Assembly: GCA_963833985.1 (NCBI GenBank)
Contig: CAWIAD010000001.1
Location: 960,001-1,024,000, forward strand
Source of the DNA: an uncultured Planctomycetaceae bacterium
Lineage (GTDB): Bacteria; Planctomycetota; Planctomycetia; Isosphaerales; Isosphaeraceae
Direction of reading: 5' to 3'
Length of the DNA stretch: 64,000 nt
Shown here one piece after another: positions 1-9,378 of the stretch. Position 1 is the first letter of the stretch, and each line of letters starts with the position of its first letter. Under the pieces are notes generated by a model, which saw only the letters and a program-made list of their open reading frames with translations, was not told the origin of the DNA and did no database searches. The position numbers were made by a program, and so were the translations under genes.

Positions 1-252
1 GAAGATCTCCTGCACGACGAGCACGGTGGGGAACGGCCCCCCCGTAGCGGGCATGGCGCGGTAGGCGGGAACCTGTCCGTCCGCGACGGGGATCTTCACC
101 TCGCCAGCCTCCAGTCCGGCCGTATCCGTGGCGATGGTCTGGGCCGAGACGGGGACTGTGGCCGCGGCAAACCCGGTCGCCAGCGATGTGACCACGAAGC
201 CCCGTCGCGAGAGCTCGCCAGCAGCAAGCACGCTCTGTCGATCGTCATTCAT
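1..252 (-). CDS. Dienelactone hydrolase family protein, N-terminal part (runs off window), twin-arginine-like leader
   Basis: Not in ORF track. Manual translation from ATG at 252: [38 protein letters not shown]...[33 protein letters not shown]. The 'P.VLVVQEIF' motif is typical of DLH/YghX proteins. Confidence 0.85.
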   Translation of the reverse strand, partial: MNDDRQSVLAAGELSRRGFVVTSLATGFAAATVPVSAQTIATDTAGLEAGEVKIPVADGQVPAYRAMPATGGPFPTVLVVQEIF

Positions 253-395
253 CGAGTGTCACCCGTGTTTGTTGAAACAATGAGAGATCCCTGGCTCGAG
301 TTGCCCCTGCGGGCAACGCCATGATACTGCCGGCCGCCAGTCGAGGCGACTGGCCCGCCGGCTCTCTGAAGAAATCTCAATGTCGCTCTCGGGGC

Positions 396-1817
396 TCAGC
401 GCCGCCCGCGTGCCGCCTGTTCGCGCACCACGTTGCGGTAATGCTGTTTCGCCAGGATCTCGAACAGGTCGTCCTTCGCACCGGGCTGCGTCAGGTCCTG
501 GCCTTTCTTCACGACGCCTATGTAGCCCACGCACATCTCGTCGGTCACTTCAGGTCCGGCCGTGACGAGCTTCGGGGGGTTGTGCGGGTTGCGTGCGTGC
601 GCGGAGTTGTCGTAGTGTGCAACGATCTTGACGATCGACCCCTTGGGGAGCTGGACCCGCTTCTCGAAATAGTAAGTGTTCTGCCAGTTCGGGTCCCAGT
701 CGTCGATGTGCAAAAGGTCCTGGCTGCCTCCGCCGGGGTAGCGTACCGTCATCCGAAAGTCGCGGCCAAGCTGATGCATGTGCGGCGTCACGGCCAGGGC
801 CTCAAGGTCCGCCGGCACGTTCCATGTGGCCTTCACCTCGATGTTCGACTCGCCCGGAGGCAGCCGGAACCTGTCATTGGTGGCGTTCGCCCAGTGCAGC
901 GTCTGCTGCACCGGCTGCTTGCAGAAGTAGATGCCCAGCCGCGTGCGGTCGACCTCCGGCTTGCCGCTGGGATGGTAGTGAACCTGCAAGAGGACGTCGG
1001 AACGAGCGGGAACCTGGCGCCCGACGCCTTGAGGCAACAGATGCGGGACATTGCCCGCCGCCCAGCCGCCCAGGTCACCCTCGACCTCGACCCCCGCGCC
1101 GGCATATGAGGTGTACCCGGGCCCCGGCTCGGCGTCATCGCGCTCCCGGCCCGCGCCACTGGTGTCCAGGAAAGCCATGATGTGGTGCACCACGCGGCGA
1201 TTGCCCGGCAGGTACTCGACGGCCGAGATGGACGCGTCGCGGCGGAGCTTCGTGGGAATCACGAAGCAGCGGTACAGATCCGGCCCACTCGCCGGAACCT
1301 GAAAGTCCTCGGTCATCTCGAGCACCAGGTCCGGCGTGCCCAGGGTCCATCCCTCGCGAAAGACAACCGGTGCGGGGCTGTCCTTCTCTTCGCCCCGCGG
1401 CGCGCCCGCCTCGGCCCACGCATGGAACTGGGCCAGCGCTTCCTTGGTCAGGGTCGGATCATGCTTCAGCTTCGGGCCGCCGCCGGCCACCGGCTTCCAG
1501 GGAGGCATCGAGCGGTCGCCCGCCACCGCTGCAATGTCGAAGGCCCGTTTCCGTGCCTGCTCGTACGAATCCAGCGCGAACGGCCCGACGTGATCGCGCC
1601 GGTGGCAATTCTGGCAGCTTCTCTGGAGGATCGGCAGAATATCCCTGGTGTACGTGGGCCGCGTGCTCTTTTGCGGGGGCTCCGCGCCCCGAACGACCGC
1701 CCCGAGAATCATCGAGAGGACCAGCGCATCACGAACAGTCCAGGCGGGCCACCGGGCCCCCTGGGTGGGTCGAAGCCTCATGCGTGTTGTGTCCTTTTTG
1801 GGAAGAATGCGCTGCAA
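396..1817 (-). CDS. Secreted copper type II ascorbate-dependent monooxygenase-like (PHM/DBH fold) protein with N-terminal c-type haem motif
   Basis: CxxCH (SCQNCH) plus MPPW; Cu-ligand-like motifs VVHH, HYH, PHMH and EMC; hydrophobic signal-like segment. Exact start uncertain. Confidence 0.8.
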   Translation of the reverse strand: MQRILPKKDTTRMRLRPTQGARWPAWTVRDALVLSMILGAVVRGAEPPQKSTRPTYTRDILPILQRSCQNCHRRDHVGPFALDSYEQARKRAFDIAAVAGDRSMPPWKPVAGGGPKLKHDPTLTKEALAQFHAWAEAGAPRGEEKDSPAPVVFREGWTLGTPDLVLEMTEDFQVPASGPDLYRCFVIPTKLRRDASISAVEYLPGNRRVVHHIMAFLDTSGAGRERDDAEPGPGYTSYAGAGVEVEGDLGGWAAGNVPHLLPQGVGRQVPARSDVLLQVHYHPSGKPEVDRTRLGIYFCKQPVQQTLHWANATNDRFRLPPGESNIEVKATWNVPADLEALAVTPHMHQLGRDFRMTVRYPGGGSQDLLHIDDWDPNWQNTYYFEKRVQLPKGSIVKIVAHYDNSAHARNPHNPPKLVTAGPEVTDEMCVGYIGVVKKGQDLTQPGAKDDLFEILAKQHYRNVVREQAARGRR

Positions 1818-2208
1818 ATCAAGGCGGGTGAATCAAGGCACTTCCGGAATGGCGGAGCACTCCGGAGCTTCCAGAATTCCTGACAACATGACCCCCACGA
1901 CAGGCCTGGCACGCGAGAACGGTGCGATCAAAGCACGCCCGCATGGGGACACTACCCAGAAGGTCGCGGCCCGCGGCGCAGAATGCGGCCCGAGTACAGA
2001 TCGAACGAATGTCGTGAGATCGTTGAGAGAAACCTATGGAATGAACAGAATGTATCAACAGGTCAATGCGGAAACAAGCCCTGACCCGAGTTTTTTCGTT
2101 TTTTTCATTGTACCGACGGCCGCTCACTCGGGATCATGAATGCAGGGCGAGCCCTGCGATCATGGGCGCACTCGCCTCGACCGCTGAACCTTCCATACGC
2201 CAAGGACC

Positions 2209-3231
2209 TTGCTGATGCCCCTCAGCCTGGAAACGGCCGAGTATGAGTTCCTCGTGAGCCCGCTATCGTCCCGCCAGGAGATCCCCGCCGAACCGCCCTC
2301 GAGTGCGGTCAAGGTGCACTTCGGAGCCGTCTCCGACCCCGGCCGGGTCCGGTCGCGAAACGAGGATCACTACATGGTGGCCCGGGTGCGCCGGACCCTG
2401 AACGTGCTGGCCCATAACTTGCCCAAGGAAGAAATGCCCGATTTCCTGGGAGAGGACGGCTACGCCATGGTGGTCGCCGACGGCATGGGAGGCATGAACG
2501 CTGGCGACGTCGCCAGCATGCTGGCCATCAGCACCGGGGTCAAGCTCGCCGACAAGTCGGTGAAGTGGGGCTTCAAGATCAACGAGAAGGAAGCCCGTGA
2601 GCTGCTCGCGCGCATGGGTGCGTACTTCAAGGAGATCGATCGGCGGATCACCCGCAAGAGCGAGAGCGACCGCAGGCTCTTCGGCATGGGGACGACCTTG
2701 ACGCTTGCCTACAGCGTCGGCATCCACCTGTTCCTCATCCACGTCGGGGACTCGCGCGCCTACCTCTTTCGCCAGGGCCAGCTCGAGCAGTTGACTCGCG
2801 ACCATACCGTTGCCCAGGCTCTGGCCGACGCGGGCGACATCAAGCAGCAGGACGTGCGCAAACACCAGCGGCGGAATACCCTGACCAATTACCTGGGCGG
2901 CCACTCCGGCAAGGTCAAGGCCGACGTGCGCTGGCTCCAGCTCGAGGACGGCGACCGGGTCATTCTGTGCAGCGACGGCCTCAGCGACATGGTCGAGGAT
3001 CCGGACATCACCGCATGCCTCCGCGTCCATCCCGAGGCCGATGCCGCCTCCCTGGCCTTGACCCGGCGTGCCCTGGAAAACGGCGGCAAGGACAACGTCA
3101 CGGTGGTGGTGGCCAATTACTCGATCCCGGAACCGTCCCTGTCGCCTCCCCCGGCCTCGGAAACCGCCGAGTACTCAGATCAAAGGCGGATCGACTCCAC
3201 CACCGACTTCCCACGACCCGAGGGGCTGTAG
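2209..3231 (+). CDS. PP2C/PPM-family Ser/Thr protein phosphatase
   Basis: RSRNED, VADGMGG, HVGDSRAY, LCSDGL and GGKDNVTV motifs. Confidence 0.93.
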   Translation: MLMPLSLETAEYEFLVSPLSSRQEIPAEPPSSAVKVHFGAVSDPGRVRSRNEDHYMVARVRRTLNVLAHNLPKEEMPDFLGEDGYAMVVADGMGGMNAGDVASMLAISTGVKLADKSVKWGFKINEKEARELLARMGAYFKEIDRRITRKSESDRRLFGMGTTLTLAYSVGIHLFLIHVGDSRAYLFRQGQLEQLTRDHTVAQALADAGDIKQQDVRKHQRRNTLTNYLGGHSGKVKADVRWLQLEDGDRVILCSDGLSDMVEDPDITACLRVHPEADAASLALTRRALENGGKDNVTVVVANYSIPEPSLSPPPASETAEYSDQRRIDSTTDFPRPEGL

Positions 3232-3721
3232 GAGCCCCTACGCGTCCTCGAGGACGAAGCAGACCGGATATCTCGGTTCCAGTTGGTGCTGTGCATGCGG
3301 ATTCGTCTGGGAAGACAGGGGCCACGAGCAGGGCCAGGTGACCCGGCCAGGGCTTCTCGCAGGAGTCGCGAGTAATCCCTTGCAATGGCAGCGATGTCTG
3401 CTTAGTCTCGGATAGCATCCAGTACTGGTGTCGCTGTTCGGCTCGGTCCCTGGGTGTGATCGGGGACGGTAGAGGCCAGTTGGCTGTTGCGGTCTGGCTC
3501 CCGAGGGCAATTCGCTGATGACGACAGAACGAGTTCTGCGCAGCACGGCAATGAAATGCTCTGCATCCCCATTTCACGGTTTTTCTGGTCATGGTTCGAG
3601 TGCGCAGCGGATTGAGTGCCGGACGCCGGAGCAGTGGGGTGCCGGTTGGACTTCAGAGTTCGCACCGGTCCACGAACGAATTCATTACGGCCCGCAAGTG
3701 ACCACTTCCGGAGGCACGACA

Positions 3722-3970
3722 GTGGCCATCGACAAGGAAAAACTGAACCAGATTCGGCGCGAGGCAGAGAAGATCAAGGAGGCAGGATCGGCCGTGGCCC
3801 AGAACATGTTGACGCTCTGGGCCGCGCAGCTCGATATAGCCCTTGCCATTGAGGACGAAGAAACGATCAAGCGAATCATCTCGCAGCCGACACTGAGTCC
3901 TGCTTTCTATGACAACCACGGCTGCGACTGCCGTCCACTCCCAAACGGAGCGGGTTCGCAGTGTTGGTGA
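3722..3970 (+). CDS. Putative RiPP precursor peptide (82 aa)
   Basis: GGAGG RBS 7 nt before GTG at 3722, in frame with ORF 3518..3970. Charged helical leader followed by C-terminal PAFYDNHGCDCRPLPNGAGSQCW. Lies directly upstream of a radical SAM/SPASM gene. Confidence 0.7.
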   Translation: MAIDKEKLNQIRREAEKIKEAGSAVAQNMLTLWAAQLDIALAIEDEETIKRIISQPTLSPAFYDNHGCDCRPLPNGAGSQCW

Positions 3971-4221
3971 GAAGGCTTGCCCGCTGAATGCCCTTTTTCG
4001 ATGTTTGACATCCCTCACCCGTTGTGTCAACTCTTCGGGGCGCAGCGGGATGCGGAACGAACCAAGGATTCCTCCAGCGGCCAGCATCTCCACTCACATC
4101 AAGTCGACCATTCACCTGGCCCGAGGATGCGCGCTCCCACATTCTCCACGGTGGGCCTTCTCGCTTTCGGTACTGGGACCCGATTCGATCTCTCAGGAAT
4201 GAGTCGTCGGAGGATCGCGTC

Positions 4222-5580
4222 ATGGGCTCGCAAGAAGGTTGGGTGCTTTCGCGCTTTAACTTGTGGACGAGCGCGACGGATGGAGGGCTGTTGATCTACA
4301 ACAGTCTTACCGGTGCTCTGCTGCAATTACGGAATGCCGAGGCTGAGATTGTCGCCGATTTGAAGGAACACAATGGCCTTGTCGTCGAGCCAAGCGGTGT
4401 TCTCGCTGTCTTGATAACGCAGGGAATTCTTGTCCCAAGCACGTGCGACGAACTTCGCCGCGCCAGGTTGCTGCACGAATCGCGCTTCCACCAGCGCGAT
4501 CAGCTCCACCTGATCCTCATGCCAACGGAGCAGTGCAATTTCCGTTGCGTGTACTGTTATGAAGACTTCAAGCTAGGCCGTATGTCACCGGGAGTCATTG
4601 ATTCGATTGTCAATCTCGTGCGAAGGAGAGCCGTCGATCTTCGTTGCTTTTCGGTGAGTTGGTTTGGCGGCGAACCGCTCATTGCCGCCGACATTGTCGA
4701 GAGCTTGTCAAACCGCCTGATCGCGATTTGCTCCGAGGCAGGCGTCGAATACTCGGCGAGCATGACCACGAACGGGTACCTGTTGAATCCTGAGCGGGCA
4801 GAGATGTGTCGCTCCGCGCGGATCTCCAAGTTCCAGATCACGCTCGACGGCGTTCCGGAATCGCACAACCGGCAGAGGCTGCTTGCAGGCGGCGGAGACA
4901 CTTTTGACACCATCCTTTCCAACCTTCGCCTGCTCCGTGATCGCACTGATGAATTTCGCGTCAGAGTCCGAGTCAACTTCGCTCCGAATGGGATACGGCA
5001 TATGCCCACGTTCTTGAGCTCGCTTGCCGACGACTTCGGTGGGGACCCCCGTTTCCACGTCTTTTTTCGGCCGGTTGGTCGATGGGGGGGTGAACATGAC
5101 CACAATCTTTCGATCTGCGACCGATCATCGGGCGAGAACCACGAGATCGAGTTTACCGAGCTTGCAGCGAACGCCGGCTTCCCTCTGGAAGCCCTGCGCG
5201 AGGCGATGAAGCCGTTCGGCAGCACCTGCTATGCCGCCAACCCGAATTCTTTCGTCATCGGATCAGATGGGAGCGTCTACAAGTGCACGGTCGCTTTCCG
5301 GGACCCTCGCAACCGCATCGGTCAGATTGCGCTCGATGGATCGCTCAATATTGACGAGAGCCTTCATTCTCTCTGGATCTCGTCGGGTGAAGAGGTCGAT
5401 CAGGGCTGCCAGCAATGCGCTTTCAGGCCTGCCTGTCAAGGCAACCACTGTCCCCTGAACAGGCTCATCAGCAACGGTGAGAAGACCTGCCCCAGCATCA
5501 AGACACACATTGACGCTTACCTTCCTGTCGTGGCCTCCGCCACCCTCCGGTCCCTTCCTATCGTCAGCGTGGGTGGCTAG
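4222..5580 (+). CDS. Radical SAM/SPASM domain protein, probable peptide maturase (452 aa)
   Basis: GGAGGA RBS before ATG 4222. CNFRCVYC (CxxxCxxC), WFGGEP, TTNGYLL, QITLDG. Seven-Cys SPASM region (C-x18-C...CQQC-x5-C-x4-C-x12-C). The ~90-aa N-terminal extension (SRFN...IYNSLTG) is RRE/PqqD-like in position. Confidence 0.92.
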   Translation: MGSQEGWVLSRFNLWTSATDGGLLIYNSLTGALLQLRNAEAEIVADLKEHNGLVVEPSGVLAVLITQGILVPSTCDELRRARLLHESRFHQRDQLHLILMPTEQCNFRCVYCYEDFKLGRMSPGVIDSIVNLVRRRAVDLRCFSVSWFGGEPLIAADIVESLSNRLIAICSEAGVEYSASMTTNGYLLNPERAEMCRSARISKFQITLDGVPESHNRQRLLAGGGDTFDTILSNLRLLRDRTDEFRVRVRVNFAPNGIRHMPTFLSSLADDFGGDPRFHVFFRPVGRWGGEHDHNLSICDRSSGENHEIEFTELAANAGFPLEALREAMKPFGSTCYAANPNSFVIGSDGSVYKCTVAFRDPRNRIGQIALDGSLNIDESLHSLWISSGEEVDQGCQQCAFRPACQGNHCPLNRLISNGEKTCPSIKTHIDAYLPVVASATLRSLPIVSVGG

Positions 5581-5863
5581 ATTCCACAGATGCATCCCGA
5601 AGGTCGGCAACGCGGCTCATGGCGTTTCTGTCTGGAGGACCTCGCCTGACAAGCTGCTTCACTCAGGCCTTCCCCTCGCCCGCGGAACTACACATTCGGC
5701 CCAAATCAGCAGCTCCATCGAAGACAGGCCTTCGGAAGAAACGACCACGCTCTTGCCCGGCCAACGCGCGGTGCCGAAACGCCTCGCTTCAATGCATGTT
5801 ACAAGTCTGCCGCAACCTACCTGACCCCTGCTTCCAAGCCAGTCCACCATCGAGGCTCGACCT

Positions 5864-7929
5864 ATGCTCGCAAGACGGCTCGCAGAGGCCCTGGGAGACG
5901 TGGCGGAAGCGGCCGGGATCCGGGACGACGGAACGGAGGTGGCATACGAGTCGGAGCAACTGTTGAGCGAACCGCTCGCCTGGTTTCTCTGCCATCCGAA
6001 CTGGCCATCGGGCTTGGCATCCGAAAATGTCCCCATCGAACTATCGATATCCATGGGAGGCGACGGTACGCCCTGGCTCAGGTATTCGGTCGACTGTGCT
6101 GATCATCGCATGGGCCTCGGCGGCAACTGGCCGCGGTACCTGCGTGAAGCCACTCGTCTTGCGTCTGGGGTTGGTGTCCCACCTTCCGTTGTATGGCAGC
6201 TTCTGGCAAGTGTCCTGGACGGTTCGCCGCCGCTCGATCGATCGCGGCTCTACCATGGAGTCGGGTACGCCGGAGGTGGCGCGAAGAGAGTCTCACTTTA
6301 CTTCAGTACGGCGTGGCTCACATATCCCAACTTCAGAGAGCGATTTCCAGACCTCGTCGAACCTGTAGGTCAGGCAATTGACCGCTGGGGTAGTCCCAGG
6401 CCCCTTTGTTTCGATGGCCTCGCCTATGACCTCACGGGTCAAGAGCCGGCTCATCGAACCAAGTTGTACCAGTGGCTTGGTTGTGATGTGCCTTCGCCTC
6501 TGAATGAACTTGCCGGACGACATCCCGACCTGGTGGCTGCTGGTGTTCTATTCAACCATTATTTCTCATCGAACCCGCCTCATACCCTCAGCAGATCCCT
6601 CCTGCTGCAATGGAGTCTCCTGCCGCCCCGTATGTCCTGCAACCAAAAACTCTTCTTTGAATGCACTCGATGGGGCTGGGGCAATCCGCGGGCATACCGC
6701 GAACTACTTTCGTTACTGAACAACCGCTTCGGAATGAATCTCGGACCTCTCTACGCGATGATCGCGGTCTTCGCGAATTATAAGATCTTGATCAGACCAA
6801 CTTTCCTCGCCATCGGCCCTGGACCAGCCCATCCCTCAATCACTTTCTACTTCCGTCCCGTTCTTGCAGAACCGCTTCGGTCGGCTTCGACGTCGATGGT
6901 CATGGGTCCCATGCCAGACTCTTTCGCCAGGAATCCCGTCGGGTTGCTCGAACACATGACAAGGACCGCCACTGATTTCTTGCTCAGGGAGAAAAGAAGC
7001 GATGACTACTGGATGGATTTCGCACTACCTATTGGCCCATCGGATGCGTGGGTGACTGCATACATAACTGCCATCCTGTCCAGGATGAGCGGCCTGCACG
7101 TCGAACTCGATCGACCCGCCCGGATTCTGAGAACCTGGTTTCGACCCAATCTCGGTTGGGGTGAAAACGGCAACGCTCCCACTGACGCGGACTCGACGGC
7201 ACTCGCCCTGCTGACATTGAAACGGCTGGACCGGCCAATTCCCGATGGGGCTAGTGACATTCTCATGCGATACCGTCTGCACAAAGGAGGTTATTGTCAT
7301 GATTTAAATTCGGATGTGGACGATGAGCACGGGACTGGCGCGCCCGAAATCACCGGCATCGCTCTGCTCGCCATGCTTGAAATCGGCCTGGCAGACTCGG
7401 CTGTCATCAATGGCTGTGTCGAAAATGTGCTCGCTTTACAGCACCGGAGGGCGGGTGGAACGCATTCTGGTGGAAGGATGACCTCTTCGCAACTTGCCGG
7501 ATCTTGCATGCGCTGAATGCCTATTTGCGGTCCCACCAAGCACGAAGTGCGTGGCTTGAAACGCCGGAATACTCTCTTCTGCAATCCGCGAGCCGCGCAG
7601 TGGAAACGGCTCGCCTCGCTTGTATCTCCGCACAGGCCGTGTCTGATGAACCGCTGAGTCTCGGTCTCTGGCTCAGCAGTTGGGTGGCCGCCGGCGGGAG
7701 CCCTCATTACCACAGCATCGGTCGAATGCTCAGTCGTTTGAACTCAGAACAGCAAACCGACGGACGTTGGCTTGCGTCACCAAGTCGGCGAATCGCGGGA
7801 ACTATGCTCAACCGTCCCTGGGCAAGGTCGGACTCAGGCCGATTGTATCTCGATACGCGCTGTCTTGTGACGACAGCGACAGTGCTGGACGGCCTGTGGT
7901 CGCTTCTTCTGGCCCTGAAAGAGGCATGA
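5864..7929 (+). CDS. Fusion of DMATS/ABBA-type aromatic prenyltransferase-like domain and class II terpene cyclase-like (prenyltransferase/squalene oxidase repeat) domain; 1-nt frameshift at ~7444
   Basis: N-domain WPSGLASENVPIELS...PWLRYSVD resembles the DMATS 'S...PxExS...RY' motif. C-domain has YWMDF...SDAWVTAY, GWG...DADSTA and QW-like repeats. Adding one C at ~7444 gives LQHPEGGWNAFWWKDDLFAT and joins ORFs 5864..7516 and 7504..7929 into ~688 aa. Confidence 0.72.
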
Positions 7930-8568
7930 GCCAATCAATCAAGTATAGGATTCGGCCAAGCTCGCATACCCAATCCCCGGCGATTCTCTTAAGTTCGCGC
8001 GGCAGCCTGGTCGAGCCCACTGCCCGATTTGTTCGTCGCTGAATGCGGGCGGCCGATCCGGCCATTTCGCGAAGTGCGAAAGTGACAGCCGTTGTCATCC
8101 GTCACGGGGGCGTTCCTGGCTGCCGGCTTTGCAAGCGGGTCGTCGCCGATTACCTCGCTGCCGCAGAAGTCATGTCCCGGCTGCATCGCTTCGCGTGAAC
8201 CGAGTCCGATTCCTTCAGCCAACCTTGCCCCGTGCGCTCCGCGCTGGTCAAGCCTCTTGGTGCTGCGGCTCGGCAAGCTCCTTACACGCCATCGATGGCG
8301 TTTTGGCAGCGAATCTCATGAAGAGATGAGCCAGAGGCGTGCGCAGCAGCACCAGGAGCTGGGCCGTCGGCGGGAACGGTGGCGTGAGCCTGGAAGGATT
8401 GCCGCGGTGCCTGTCTCCGCCAGCCGGAAAATGAAACGGCCCTGCTGCTCCTGGTATTATTCTTGCGGCGCTGATCCGCCTTGTGCGAGGTTCTGGGGGC
8501 ACAGGGCCGGCGTCCTGGAGCCGGTTCCCGCCTCGCTCGAAACCACATCCCTTCTGGAGAGGCCGATC

Positions 8569-9045
8569 ATGCAACCCGATATCGCCGAAACTCTCGTTGA
8601 GGACTTCGAACGCGGCCGTCTGACGCGCCGTCAGCTTGCGTCAAGGCTCATGGGCCTGGGAGCAGCCCTGGCTGCACTGCCTGACGAGGTCCGGGCCGAG
8701 CCGATTGAAGGCACCATGTTCGAGGCGACCGGACTGAACCACGTCGCCCTGAACGTCCGCAGCGTGTCCCGCTCTCGCGAGTTCTACATCAAGCACCTCG
8801 GGTTGAAGGTCATCCGCGACGGTGGCGAGGACAACTGTTTTCTGGGCGCTGGGAGTGACTTCTGCTTGACGCTCTTCAAGGGCGACCAGCCAGGTTTGAA
8901 CCATTACTGCTACACCATCAAGAGCTACAGCGTCGATCAGGCCGAGGAGAAGCTGAAGGCGGCCGGACTGAAGCCGCGACGCGAAGGAAATCGAATCTAC
9001 TTCCCGGACCCTGACGGCATCGAGGTCCAGGTCGCCGGAGCGTGA
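8569..9045 (+). CDS. VOC/glyoxalase family protein with twin-arginine-like leader
   Basis: GGAGAGG RBS before ATG 8569; LTRRQL leader; LNHVALNV...SREFY...LGL, LNHYC and IYFPDPDGIEVQV motifs. Confidence 0.85.
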   Translation: MQPDIAETLVEDFERGRLTRRQLASRLMGLGAALAALPDEVRAEPIEGTMFEATGLNHVALNVRSVSRSREFYIKHLGLKVIRDGGEDNCFLGAGSDFCLTLFKGDQPGLNHYCYTIKSYSVDQAEEKLKAAGLKPRREGNRIYFPDPDGIEVQVAGA

Positions 9046-9378
9046 ACGCAATCGCGCAAGCGGTGGCCCTGTGCGTCCGGATCCGGCCCCAGGCGCTTTC
9101 TCTGAACAAAACGCGGCGTTTGCCCGGGACGAGTTGTATCGGCGCGGTTCTGAAGCCGAGGAGCGGAAGCTTCTGGGCAAGACCCGCGCCAGCTTGTTTC
9201 TTTAGCCACCCTGGACCGGTTCCGTTCGCAACCGCACTGTAACCGCGCGTATCGCTTTTCTTCTCTCATGCCTGGCGGGTGCGAGCGGGCCGTACAGGTT
9301 AGCAACGCGGGCCCGTTCGACCGGCAAGGTTGCGATCGAAACGCCCATTCACGTCCACGAATTCAAAGGATCATACCC

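Noticed and set aside
2209..3231. PP2C phosphatase or VOC gene as part of the RiPP cluster
   Set aside because: Host-like codon usage and 500-600 nt gaps from the cluster; no evidence of linkage.
3518..3721. N-terminal 68 codons of the 150-aa ORF, and likewise 4024..4221 of the rSAM ORF
   Set aside because: Clear RBS-start pairs lie at 3722 and 4222; the upstream extensions look non-coding.
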